The notes under the pieces are model-generated. The model was not told the origin of the DNA and made no database searches. It was given only the letters and a program-made list of their open reading frames with translations. Source: Polyangiales bacterium (GTDB taxonomy: Bacteria > Myxococcota_A > Polyangia > Polyangiales > Houyiibacteriaceae). From it: DNA of 64,000 bases. The DNA lies in assembly GCA_045106895.1 (NCBI GenBank), contig JBGCFM010000074.1, positions 16,259 to 80,258 on the forward strand, written 5' to 3'. Positions 29,378 through 37,866 of the stretch are shown here, piece after piece (the stretch's first letter is position 1; each line of letters opens with the position of its first letter). Position numbers and translations under genes: made by a program.

Positions 29378-30484
29378 TTAGCTGTCGTTGCAGCCGTCTT
29401 CGTCGGCGTCGTTGTCTTCATCGGAGGCCTCAAGGGGGCAGCGGTCATCGACGTCGGGCACAAAATCATTGTCGTTGTCGGGGTCACTGCAGCCGTCTTC
29501 GTCTTCAAAGTCGTCGAAGTCTTCAGGAAGATGGGGGCACTCGTCGATGCGATCGGGGATGCCGTCGAGGTCCGCGTCATCGTCGTGGGCGCGGGGTGCC
29601 CATGAAAGCCCAGCCATCCCGCGAACGCTCGGGGTACCCGGTCCCGAGAACATGCTGAAGCCCGTTCCTACGAAGTACGTCACGCCCGCTCGCTCGTAGG
29701 TGATTGCGTAGTCGTTTTCGAGAGCGCGACCGATCGCCCCTCCACCGAAGCCGGCGTCGAGAGCGCCGCGCAGCTCGAGGCGAACGCCGAGCCCTTCCAG
29801 GATCGGAACGGGCACGTTGATTCCAATTCCGAAGAGAAGCTCATCTCGAAACGTGAGCGGGCCGATGGTCTCGGTTTCAAAGCGGTGACGGAAACCCACC
29901 ATCAGACCGGCGGCGATGCCGAAGACCCGGAAGTCGCCGATGGCTTGGACGTCAAACGTCGCCGCGCCTTCTCCGGCGTATGCGCTCTCGTCTCCGAGGG
30001 GGAGCGTCACGCTGCCCTGAAGCGCGAGCCCCGGACCGTCGCGGCGTTCGCGACGTTCCGCCGAGGGGCGCCCCAAGACACGAACGCGAGCGGTGAGTCG
30101 CGGGTCGCCGAAGGCCTGCGTCGCGATGGCCGGGCCTCCGTCAGGGACCTGTCCGAAACCGTTCTGATGCAAGACGACGGGGAGGTTCAACGCCAACGCG
30201 AAGCGTCCGCCGATGCCAACTTGCATCATCAGGTCGCCGCCCAGGCGGTGGCGGATCAGGTCCGTTGCCTCGCCAGCGATGGTGGCCCGCAATGGCTGGT
30301 TCGAATAGTTGAGCCAGAGGCCCACGTTCCATTGCCAGGGCCCAGGCATCGAGGTCCCGTTGATACCGATGAAACCGTCGCCGTCCACGGCGGGGCGAAA
30401 TCGCTCAATGTCGATGCTCCTCTGCGCCTCAGCGGCGTTTGGCAGAGCCAGGAAGAGTGCGGCGATGGCGAAGCAAATGCGCAT
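29378..30484 (-). CDS. Outer-membrane beta-barrel protein with thrombospondin type-3 repeats (no OmpA domain)
   Basis: Signal peptide, ERFRP, GDPRL, D-D-DGIPD..D.CP..PED.D.FED.DGC repeats, then stop. Confidence 0.8.
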   Translation of the reverse strand: MRICFAIAALFLALPNAAEAQRSIDIERFRPAVDGDGFIGINGTSMPGPWQWNVGLWLNYSNQPLRATIAGEATDLIRHRLGGDLMMQVGIGGRFALALNLPVVLHQNGFGQVPDGGPAIATQAFGDPRLTARVRVLGRPSAERRERRDGPGLALQGSVTLPLGDESAYAGEGAATFDVQAIGDFRVFGIAAGLMVGFRHRFETETIGPLTFRDELLFGIGINVPVPILEGLGVRLELRGALDAGFGGGAIGRALENDYAITYERAGVTYFVGTGFSMFSGPGTPSVRGMAGLSWAPRAHDDDADLDGIPDRIDECPHLPEDFDDFEDEDGCSDPDNDNDFVPDVDDRCPLEASDEDNDADEDGCNDS

Positions 30485-30569
30485 GGCGTGAGCGTACTCG
30501 ATGCTGGCGCCGGGTCCATGGGCCAGGCGCATCCGTGCGTCTTCTGGCGATGTGCTTTAGGGTCGGTGC

Positions 30570-32447
30570 GTGGAAAACACGGAGGAGTGGGGAGAGAACC
30601 CGTGGCTCAAGACCCAGTCTCCAAGTGAGGCGGCGGCGGCGGCGCGTATGAAGACGCTCCTGCCGGCGCTGGATCGGCTTCAGGAGGACAGCGCATCCAC
30701 GCTGCACACTCTTCGCCCCGACGAGGTGCCCACCGTCGACGGCTCTACGGCGACGGGCATCACCGTCAGCGATGAAGTTCTCGGCCGCGGAGGTATGAGC
30801 GTCGTCCTATTAGGTCGGCAGCACTCTCTTGGACGCAACGTCGCCATCAAGACCATCGGCGCGCCGGGAGAGAGCCCGGCGAGTCCGTCGACGCAGGTCT
30901 CGGACGTGCTGCTGCGCGAAGCTCAGATCACCGGGCGCCTCGAGCACCCAAACGTTTTGCCACTCTACGATCTCTGCGTGGGTGAGGACGGTCATCCGCA
31001 GCTCATCTTGAAGCGAATCGAAGGTCGCCCTTGGACGGACTACATCCAGGACCCAGAGCTCATCGAAAAGGAGCAGCCGGGCTCCACGGACATCGAACGA
31101 TGGCACCTCCAGGTGTTCCTGCAGGTCTGCAATGCGATTCGTTTTGCGCACGCGCGGGGCGTGATCCACCGCGACCTCAAGCCCGACAACGTCATGATCG
31201 GCGCCTTCGGTGAGGTCTACGTGCTCGACTGGGGAATCGCCGTCCGTCAAGGGGAGCCGGCGAGCGGACAGCTCGCTGGCACGCCGGCGTACATGGCGCC
31301 GGAGATGGCTTCCGGAGAGACCTTGGACGAGCGCACGGACGTCTACCTCTTGGGTGCTGTGCTCTATGAGCTCTTTCATCAGCGGCCACCCCATCGCGGG
31401 GACTCCTTCGCGATGGTCATGTGGTCGTCGCTCACGAGCCGCCCTTCTATCTCGGACGGTACGGCGCCCGGATTTGCCGAAGTGATTCGCCGCGCGATGC
31501 AGCTCCTTCCGGCGGAGCGCTTTCAGACGGTGGAGTCTCTTCAAAGCGCCGTGGTCAACGCCCTGGAGCGACGCGACGCCGAACTGATGTGCGCCGAAGC
31601 CACCCTCAAGCTTGGCGAACTTGAGTCCCTTCTCGAAGACTCCGACGCGGAGGACGTTGTCACGGCGACGGTCCACGAGCTCTACGGCCAAGCGCGCTTC
31701 GCGTTCCGCACCGTGCTCGATCGTTTCGGTAGCTGGGAAGAGGCGGCGGAAGGCGAACGACAGCTTCACATCGCGATGGCGCGCCACGCCCTGGCCCTTG
31801 GCGAGACGGCGAGCGCCGAGGCGTATCTTGCGCGGGTGGAAGAGGCGCCCCCGGAGCTCCTTCGCGCCATCGAAGCGCGGCGCGCCAAAGACGCGTCGGT
31901 CACGGACAGGCTCAACACCCTCGAAGCCTTTCGATCCAACTTGGACCGGAATAAGAGCCGACGCCGACGCTTCTATCTCGCCTGCGCGCTCGGCACCTTT
32001 TGGGTGGTCCATGGTCTCTACCTGCAGCTAAGTGGTGGCCCCGAGGGCCTCACCTACATGAGCGGAATGGTCTCGCCCCTCGTCAACTCCGCGCTGCTCC
32101 TTGCGCTTCTAAAGTTGGGCAAGGGCTGGAATCGCTACGACCGCCGCCTCTTGGCGCTGACCTCTTTGGGTTTTTTCGCGGAGTTCGGTCTCGATGTCTC
32201 GCTCTATGTCACAGGCACGAGCGCTGCCCAGTCACTCGTCCACGACCTCGTGGTTCGCGGCTTCATGGTCGGCGTACTCGCCATCTATGTCGACCGCGCC
32301 CTGGTACTCCCCGCCGCCATGCTCGGCGCCGGCGCCTTCGCCTCAGCGTTCTTTCCCGCCTACGTTCTGTGGTGGGTGATCGCGACGAATGGCGTGATCA
32401 TGGGGGTGCTCGCGTGGCGTTGGCGGCCGCAAAAAAAAGCCGCGTAG
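30570..32447 (+). CDS. Ser/Thr protein kinase with C-terminal multi-TM domain
   Basis: LGRGGM, VAIK, HRDLKPDN, DWG, GTPAYMAPE; about 6 TM helices. Confidence 0.95.
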   Translation: MENTEEWGENPWLKTQSPSEAAAAARMKTLLPALDRLQEDSASTLHTLRPDEVPTVDGSTATGITVSDEVLGRGGMSVVLLGRQHSLGRNVAIKTIGAPGESPASPSTQVSDVLLREAQITGRLEHPNVLPLYDLCVGEDGHPQLILKRIEGRPWTDYIQDPELIEKEQPGSTDIERWHLQVFLQVCNAIRFAHARGVIHRDLKPDNVMIGAFGEVYVLDWGIAVRQGEPASGQLAGTPAYMAPEMASGETLDERTDVYLLGAVLYELFHQRPPHRGDSFAMVMWSSLTSRPSISDGTAPGFAEVIRRAMQLLPAERFQTVESLQSAVVNALERRDAELMCAEATLKLGELESLLEDSDAEDVVTATVHELYGQARFAFRTVLDRFGSWEEAAEGERQLHIAMARHALALGETASAEAYLARVEEAPPELLRAIEARRAKDASVTDRLNTLEAFRSNLDRNKSRRRRFYLACALGTFWVVHGLYLQLSGGPEGLTYMSGMVSPLVNSALLLALLKLGKGWNRYDRRLLALTSLGFFAEFGLDVSLYVTGTSAAQSLVHDLVVRGFMVGVLAIYVDRALVLPAAMLGAGAFASAFFPAYVLWWVIATNGVIMGVLAWRWRPQKKAA

Positions 32448-32489
32448 CTGCACATTGAAGGAAAGGCGCGTGCTCGATACGCTTGGCTC

Positions 32490-32582
32490 ATGCGAGCCGT
32501 GACATTGCTGTGCGTGCTCCTCGGCTGTGGACAGACGCGGCTCGAGGTCGTCGACGCGGCCATCGACGCGATGAGCGCGTGA
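32490..32582 (+). pseudogene. 30-aa lipoprotein stub (truncated gene or micro-lipoprotein)
   Basis: MRAVTLLCVLLGC-GQTRLEVVDAAIDAMSA*; TACGCT-N6-ATG upstream. Confidence 0.4.
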
Positions 32583-32706
32583 TCGTCTTCACCAGCGATC
32601 GCTCGGGACGCGACAAAACACACGTAGCGACACGTGACGGCGGACTCTTCTGATCCGGCGTGACGTGGACGTGGTGACACCTCGCTTCGTGCGCCGATAG
32701 CGCCTA

Positions 32707-33342
32707 ATGTCGAACGCCATGAAGTCATCCGAAGAGTCCATCGACGTTTCTCCAAACAACCCCTGCCCGTTCTTGCGAGCGCTCGTTGGCGGGGGACGAC
32801 TCCCGAATGATGTCGCACCCCTGGCGCTGGTAGCTGACACCATCGTGGAGGTCGCTGGCGCCGGGGATAGCAGTCCCGTGTTGCCGGGCGCACCGATTCG
32901 TGGCGTGGCCGCCATCGCGAACGGGCTGAGCCCGCTTCAGATCGCTCGTAACATCCTTGGAGGCGTTCGCCTCGACGCGCTCCGCGACGGCCCACTCGAC
33001 AAGAACGGTTCCGGCTCGCGGATTTTGTCGAAGGACGCATCGGTCAACGAGGCGGAGCTGGATCGACTGGATAGTTTCGCGAGCGACAAGGTCAGCGCCG
33101 ATGGCCAGACCGAGCGCGGACTGAGCGCCGACGAGCTCACGACCATGATGGACGCGAACTTTGAGCGCGCCAAAGGCCAGCGACGACGCGTTCACCGACG
33201 CATGATGAATGCTGAGTGGCCAGTGCTGCTTAAGGTGATGGGCAAGGACGGTAGGAGCGGGCGTTATCTGAGCGTCGCGGATGTTCGACACCTCGTCGTT
33301 CAGCGGAAGTTGCCCGAACGTATGTCCGGGCGACTCCGCTGA
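32707..33342 (+). CDS. Hypothetical protein with heme-thiolate peroxidase-like PCP motif
   Basis: NNPCPFLRALVGGGRLP; C-terminal EWPVLL...VRHLVVQRKLPE; no CxxCH. Confidence 0.6.
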   Translation: MSNAMKSSEESIDVSPNNPCPFLRALVGGGRLPNDVAPLALVADTIVEVAGAGDSSPVLPGAPIRGVAAIANGLSPLQIARNILGGVRLDALRDGPLDKNGSGSRILSKDASVNEAELDRLDSFASDKVSADGQTERGLSADELTTMMDANFERAKGQRRRVHRRMMNAEWPVLLKVMGKDGRSGRYLSVADVRHLVVQRKLPERMSGRLR

Positions 33343-33354
33343 ATCGTGGAGGCC

Positions 33355-34308
33355 TCAGGGTTTGAGAGCGAAGATCTTCACGCTCGCGGCGAACTCATTC
33401 ACGTCGAAGGTGTCGAGTAGTGCGCCCATGGTCTGGTGGTACTCCGAGGCGACGTCGACGTCGCTTTTCGGTGCTGACTTCGCAGAGTCCTCCGTGGTGG
33501 GCGGGCAGCAGCCGCTCTCGGACTCGGCGGCCTTCGCTTCCGGCGCGCAGCATCCGGCGTCGGCGTCGGCGCTCATATCCCCGGCGGTTTCAGGTCCGCA
33601 GCAGGCGGCGTGGCCACCATCTCGGTAGGCGTTGAGGTCCGAATTCGAGTCGACGATGTCGATCTCCGAGAAGCCCGCCGCGCTCAGCTTCTCACGATTG
33701 ACCTCGATGGTCATCGCGCCGGCGATGCACCCGGTCCATGCGGCGACTTCCTTTTCGATCTCCGCAGGCAGCGTCTTCCGAAGCGCGATGTCGGAGATGG
33801 CGAGTCGGCCACCTGGCTTGAGGATGCGGAAGATCTCTTTGAGGGCGACGTCCTTGTCTGCGCAGAGGTTGAGCACACAGTTTGAGATGACGCAGTCGAC
33901 GGAGTTATCCGGGATGGGCATCGCCTCGATCTCCGCGAGGTAGAACTTGACGTTTTCGTAGCCGCCGCGGGCTGCGTTCTTGCGCGCGAGGGAGACCATG
34001 TCCCCGGTTATGTCGATGCCGATGGCGCGGCCCGTGGGACCGACGGCTTTGGACGCGAGGAACACATCGAGGCCGCCGCCGGCGCCGAGGTCCACGACGG
34101 TCTCACCCGCACGAATGGACGCCATGGCGACGGGGTTGCCGCAGGACAGGCCCATGTTCGACTCCGCCGGAATGCTGGCGAGCTCCTCCTCGGAGTAGCC
34201 GAAGGCTTTGGCGATGCCTTTGATGTTGTCGTGGTCCGAGCTGAGGCCCGCCGTCGCGACGGCGCCGTACCCTTTTCTCACTGCATCGCTGATGTTGGTG
34301 TCGCTCAT
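33355..34308 (-). CDS. arsM: Arsenite methyltransferase
   Basis: [30 protein letters not shown]; follows arsR. Confidence 0.92.
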   Translation of the reverse strand: MSDTNISDAVRKGYGAVATAGLSSDHDNIKGIAKAFGYSEEELASIPAESNMGLSCGNPVAMASIRAGETVVDLGAGGGLDVFLASKAVGPTGRAIGIDITGDMVSLARKNAARGGYENVKFYLAEIEAMPIPDNSVDCVISNCVLNLCADKDVALKEIFRILKPGGRLAISDIALRKTLPAEIEKEVAAWTGCIAGAMTIEVNREKLSAAGFSEIDIVDSNSDLNAYRDGGHAACCGPETAGDMSADADAGCCAPEAKAAESESGCCPPTTEDSAKSAPKSDVDVASEYHQTMGALLDTFDVNEFAASVKIFALKP

Positions 34309-34332
34309 GTTCTTCTCTTTCATTGGTTCGTT

Positions 34333-34656
34333 CTAGGACTCTGTGGGGGGCGGGCAGCAAGGCGCGGAGTCGGCGCCCTCGTCCACGCAGCACTCTTGGG
34401 CGAAGACATCGAAGGTCGCGGCCATCACGCTGTAGTCGGCGCGGCAGATCAGCGTCGTGCCCTGCCGCTCTTGCTGCACAAGGCCGACGCGGATGAGCTT
34501 GTGGAGGTGATGGCTCAACGTGGACGCTGGCATCTCAAGGTGCTCTCGAACGTCCGAAACGCTCCGGCCACTCTGCCCAGCGCGCACCAAGAGGCGGTAA
34601 ATGGACAGGCGGGTCTCGTTGCCGAGAGCGGCCATTCGGTCTGCGATCGTCTTCAC
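34333..34656 (-). CDS. arsR: ArsR/SmtB repressor with C-terminal CC pairs
   Basis: ALGNETRLSIYRLLVRAG, STLSHHL, ECC...PCC. Confidence 0.92.
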   Translation of the reverse strand: MKTIADRMAALGNETRLSIYRLLVRAGQSGRSVSDVREHLEMPASTLSHHLHKLIRVGLVQQERQGTTLICRADYSVMAATFDVFAQECCVDEGADSAPCCPPPTES

Positions 34657-34692
34657 ACAAACTCTATAAACACGGGCTCAAACAATCACAAC

Positions 34693-34715
34693 CGTATTTC
34701 TAGAATTACCGAATC
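34693..34715. promoter_or_regulatory. Putative ArsR operator
   Basis: AT-rich dyad GTATTTCTAGAATTAC about 40 nt upstream of arsR start. Confidence 0.55.
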
Positions 34716-34767
34716 TTTAAAACCCAGGAGCCGGCGGCCCTCTGACACACCTGCGCACACCTGCGGA

Positions 34768-35529
34768 CTAGGCCTTGAGCTTCCAGCCGGTGCGGAAGAT
34801 CCACCAGACGACCCCGAGGCACCCAAAGAGGAAGCCTAGGATGACCAGTGTGCTCACGAGCACGTTGACGTCTGCGGTGCCGTAGAAGCTCCAGCGGAAC
34901 CCGCTGATGAGGTAAACGACGGGGTTAGCGAGGGTGACCTTCTGCCAAAACGGCGGGAGCATATCGATGGAGTAGAACGCGCCGCCGAGGAAGGTCAGTG
35001 GGGTAACGACGAGGAGCGGGATGAGCTGGAGCTTCTGAAAGTCGTCGGCCCAGAGACCGATGATGAAACCAAAGAGACTAAAAGTGAGCGACGTAAGGAT
35101 GAGAAAACAGAACATCCACACTGGGTGGAGGATCTCATAGGGGACAAAGAGCCGCGCGGTGACGAGGATGAGCAAACCGATCATCACGGACTTGGTGGCG
35201 GCAGCGCCGACATAGCCGAAGACGACTTCCAGGTAGGACACCGGCGCTGAGAGGATCTCGTAGATGGTGCCAGACCACTTGGGCATGTAGATGCCGAAGG
35301 ACGCATTGGAGATGCTCTGGTTGAGAAGCGAGAGCATGATGAGTCCGGGGATGATAAACGCGCCGTAACTCACCTCGCCGATGTCACCGACGCGCGATCC
35401 GATAGCGCCGCCAAAGACGACGAAATAGAGCGCCGTGGACAGCACCGGTGACACCAGGCTCTGCATGAGCGTGCGCCGCGTGCGCGCCATCTCGAACTGG
35501 TAGATCGCGCGGACTCCGTACCAGTTCAC
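34768..35529 (-). CDS. ABC-2 exporter permease (YadH-like)
   Basis: [45 protein letters not shown]. Confidence 0.92.
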   Translation of the reverse strand: MNWYGVRAIYQFEMARTRRTLMQSLVSPVLSTALYFVVFGGAIGSRVGDIGEVSYGAFIIPGLIMLSLLNQSISNASFGIYMPKWSGTIYEILSAPVSYLEVVFGYVGAAATKSVMIGLLILVTARLFVPYEILHPVWMFCFLILTSLTFSLFGFIIGLWADDFQKLQLIPLLVVTPLTFLGGAFYSIDMLPPFWQKVTLANPVVYLISGFRWSFYGTADVNVLVSTLVILGFLFGCLGVVWWIFRTGWKLKA

Positions 35530-36479
35530 GAGGGCTCTCCTTTCGCGGAGCTGCTGGAGCCGGGGTCGTTGATGAGGTCGACGAAGATCTCTTCCAGTGA
35601 GCTCTGGTGGGAGTCGATGTCGTCAAAGTCGATGCCCTCCTCGCCAAGGCGCCTCAAAACACCTGCGATATCGGCATTTTCTGCCTGGCGCTCGAAGGTG
35701 TAAACGAGCGACATAGAATCCTCGCTCAAGGCCAGGGGAAGGTCTGCGAGGGCCGCGGGAACCTTGGTGAGAGGCAATCGCAGCGCGAGGCGAAGCTGCT
35801 TTTTGCCCAGCTTTTGCATGAGCGCTGTCTTGTCTTCAACCAGGAGCAGCTCGCCATCACGGATGACGCCGATTCGGTCCGCCATCATCTCGGCCTCTTC
35901 GATGTAGTGCGTCGTCAAGATGATGGTGACCCCTTGCTCGCGAAGGCCGTGGACCATCTTCCACATATCGTGACGCAGTTCGACGTCGACACCGGCGGTG
36001 GGCTCGTCAAGGAAGAGAATCGTCGGCTCGTGGCTGAGCGCCTTGGCGATGAGAACACGGCGCTTCATGCCGCCGGAGAGCGTCATGATCTTGCTGTCGC
36101 GTTTGTCCCAGAGCGAGAGGTCCCGCAGCACCTTCTCGATGTACTTCGCGTTCGGCGGCTTGCCGAAGAGCAGGCGGCTAAAGTTCACCGTCGCCCACAC
36201 CGTCTCAAAGGAGTCCGTCGACAGCTCCTGTGGCACGAGGCCAATCTCGCGACGCGCGGCGCGATAGTCTTTGACGATGTCGTGACCCGAGGCCAACACC
36301 GTTCCCGCCGTGGGGTTCACGATGCCACAGATGATGTTGATGAGCGTACTCTTGCCAGCGCCGTTGGGACCGAGGAGCGCAAAGATCTCCCCGCGCTCGA
36401 TGCTCAGGTCGATGTTCTTGAGCGCTTGGAAGTCGCCGTTGGTTTTCTGCAAACCTTGAATGGAGATAACGGGCGGCAT
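35526..36479 (-). CDS. ABC exporter ATP-binding subunit (YadG-like)
   Basis: [25 protein letters not shown]. Confidence 0.95.
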   Translation of the reverse strand: MPPVISIQGLQKTNGDFQALKNIDLSIERGEIFALLGPNGAGKSTLINIICGIVNPTAGTVLASGHDIVKDYRAARREIGLVPQELSTDSFETVWATVNFSRLLFGKPPNAKYIEKVLRDLSLWDKRDSKIMTLSGGMKRRVLIAKALSHEPTILFLDEPTAGVDVELRHDMWKMVHGLREQGVTIILTTHYIEEAEMMADRIGVIRDGELLLVEDKTALMQKLGKKQLRLALRLPLTKVPAALADLPLALSEDSMSLVYTFERQAENADIAGVLRRLGEEGIDFDDIDSHQSSLEEIFVDLINDPGSSSSAKGEPS

Positions 36480-36528
36480 CGCCGTTTCATAGCAGGTGAC
36501 TAGGACATGGCGAAGCGCCTCAGCCGGC

Positions 36529-36751
36529 CTAGCGAACGCGGCAGCGGCTCTCGAAGTTGTCTGCCCACGCCCACCCCGCCACAGGCTGTAGAACCTGACG
36601 CCGCCGGCCTCGCCGCTCCCCAAGCACAACCGTCGTGCCGTCGGGGATTGCCCCCACGACACGCGCCCCGCGCCTCGGCCCCGCGCGCACGTTCAACGAG
36701 GAACCTGGGTCACGAGGAACCTGGGTCACGAACGACCCGGTCACATTGCAT
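36529..36751 (-). pseudogene. Bacterial SH3-domain gene remnant disrupted by a 16-bp tandem duplication
   Basis: LNVRAGP...[10 protein letters not shown]...GWAW; removing one 16-bp copy restores [12 protein letters not shown]. Confidence 0.65.
36696..36731. repeat. Perfect 16-bp tandem duplication ACGAGGAACCTGGGTC x2
   Basis: Direct reading of sequence. Confidence 0.95.
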
Positions 36752-37082
36752 CCTGACGCGTCCGCGCACCTCAGAAACCCCGCTCGACTCGCCGTAGGGA
36801 GTCGTCACTGTTCCCGTCTGAGGATCGTCCGGTGACCGCGATACTTGGGTACGCGTAAAGGAATAGTGATGAACAGCGGAGCCGTGGATGGCTGGCCGCC
36901 GGAAGTGAGGCGGAATACGCCTGCGCCGTGGCTAGATGAGCCGCTCATCGATCACTCGATGAGAGACCCCCGCAGCCTTGGGTTCACTCCGGTCAGAACC
37001 TAGAGACGCTAGCGTCTCTGTTGAAAGACGCCGAGCCCTTGGACTCGCGGACCGACGTGCTGCGCGGAAGCCGCGTTTGGCT

Positions 37083-37424
37083 CTAGAGCTGACGTCGCAG
37101 GAAGTCGTCGAGCTTCGCCGGCCACTGGTGCTGAAAGAGCGGGCGTCGACGGCGCGCTTCGCGATCGGCGAAGTCCAAGAACTGGTGGCTCAGGCTGCGA
37201 AAGTGCTCCGCTTCTTCTTCGCGTAGCTTGTTCGTCTCGGCGGAGAACGCGTCGCTCCACTCTGTGCCAGCCGCCATGCAATAGAGCTTGGAGTGCACGC
37301 GCTCGAAGAAAGCGCGCGCGTCGCCAGACGATGCGTCATAGTCAACGGAGAGCGCGTAGATGGCGCGGAACTTCTCATAGAAGTCCTCGACGTTTTGGGC
37401 GCTCTGATCGGCGTCGGTGTTCAT
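37083..37424 (-). CDS. Stand-alone mini RhuM-like protein (113 aa)
   Basis: FYEKFRAIYALSVDYD..FF..V..KL..G and FLDFA..ARRR..W..KLDDFL align with the RhuM at 45960-46983. Confidence 0.75.
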   Translation of the reverse strand: MNTDADQSAQNVEDFYEKFRAIYALSVDYDASSGDARAFFERVHSKLYCMAAGTEWSDAFSAETNKLREEEAEHFRSLSHQFLDFADREARRRRPLFQHQWPAKLDDFLRRQL

Positions 37425-37508
37425 GGAGTGCGTAGCTTATCAGGTCGGCGGAGGGCGGCGGCGATGAGCCATTGCGCAAACATGTGACCTCCCCCAAGAA
37501 CCAAACGC

Positions 37509-37853
37509 ATGAGACCATACAAACCAGACGGTGACGAAGAGGAGAACGTGAAACCAGCGGGGTTCGACCCGTTCGCCGCGCCACCACCCAGCGTGCCGAA
37601 CAAACGTCAGGAGCGCTTGAGAAGGCGGCGGCGACATATCCGAATGGCCCTCACAACGACGCTTCCGGTCGCGCTCTGCATGATTCTCATCTTCGTCTTC
37701 AAAGTCCAGATCGCTATCGCCGTCGCCGTCGTCCTTGGTCTATTCCATCTAATCATGGGAATCGCCGACATGATCCTCGGCGAGCGGCGAGAGCCCGAGC
37801 AAGAGCCCGACACGGACACCTACGCGCGGTGGTTCGGGTTTCGCGATTGGTGA
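37509..37853 (+). CDS. Small two-TM membrane protein
   Basis: Arg cluster followed by two hydrophobic helices. Confidence 0.6.
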   Translation: MRPYKPDGDEEENVKPAGFDPFAAPPPSVPNKRQERLRRRRRHIRMALTTTLPVALCMILIFVFKVQIAIAVAVVLGLFHLIMGIADMILGERREPEQEPDTDTYARWFGFRDW

Positions 37854-37866
37854 GCATTGGATGCGG

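Noticed and set aside
30810..32012. 400-aa minus-strand ORF and many similar long shadow ORFs (e.g. 39852-41054, 15712-16716, 35607-36503)
   Set aside because: Antisense to well-supported genes, no motifs; expected in high-GC DNA
32707..33342. Cytochrome c peroxidase assignment
   Set aside because: No CxxCH motif; only one cysteine
36480..36662. N-terminal extensions in the ORF track (ABC ATPase to 36662; similarly 45859, 42689, 20623, 11292)
   Set aside because: Extensions overlap other features or lack homology-like content; downstream starts have promoter-like boxes or signal peptides
36960..37040. Possible tRNA fragment/attachment site (GGTTC...GAACC)
   Set aside because: No cloverleaf, T-loop consensus or CCA end could be built
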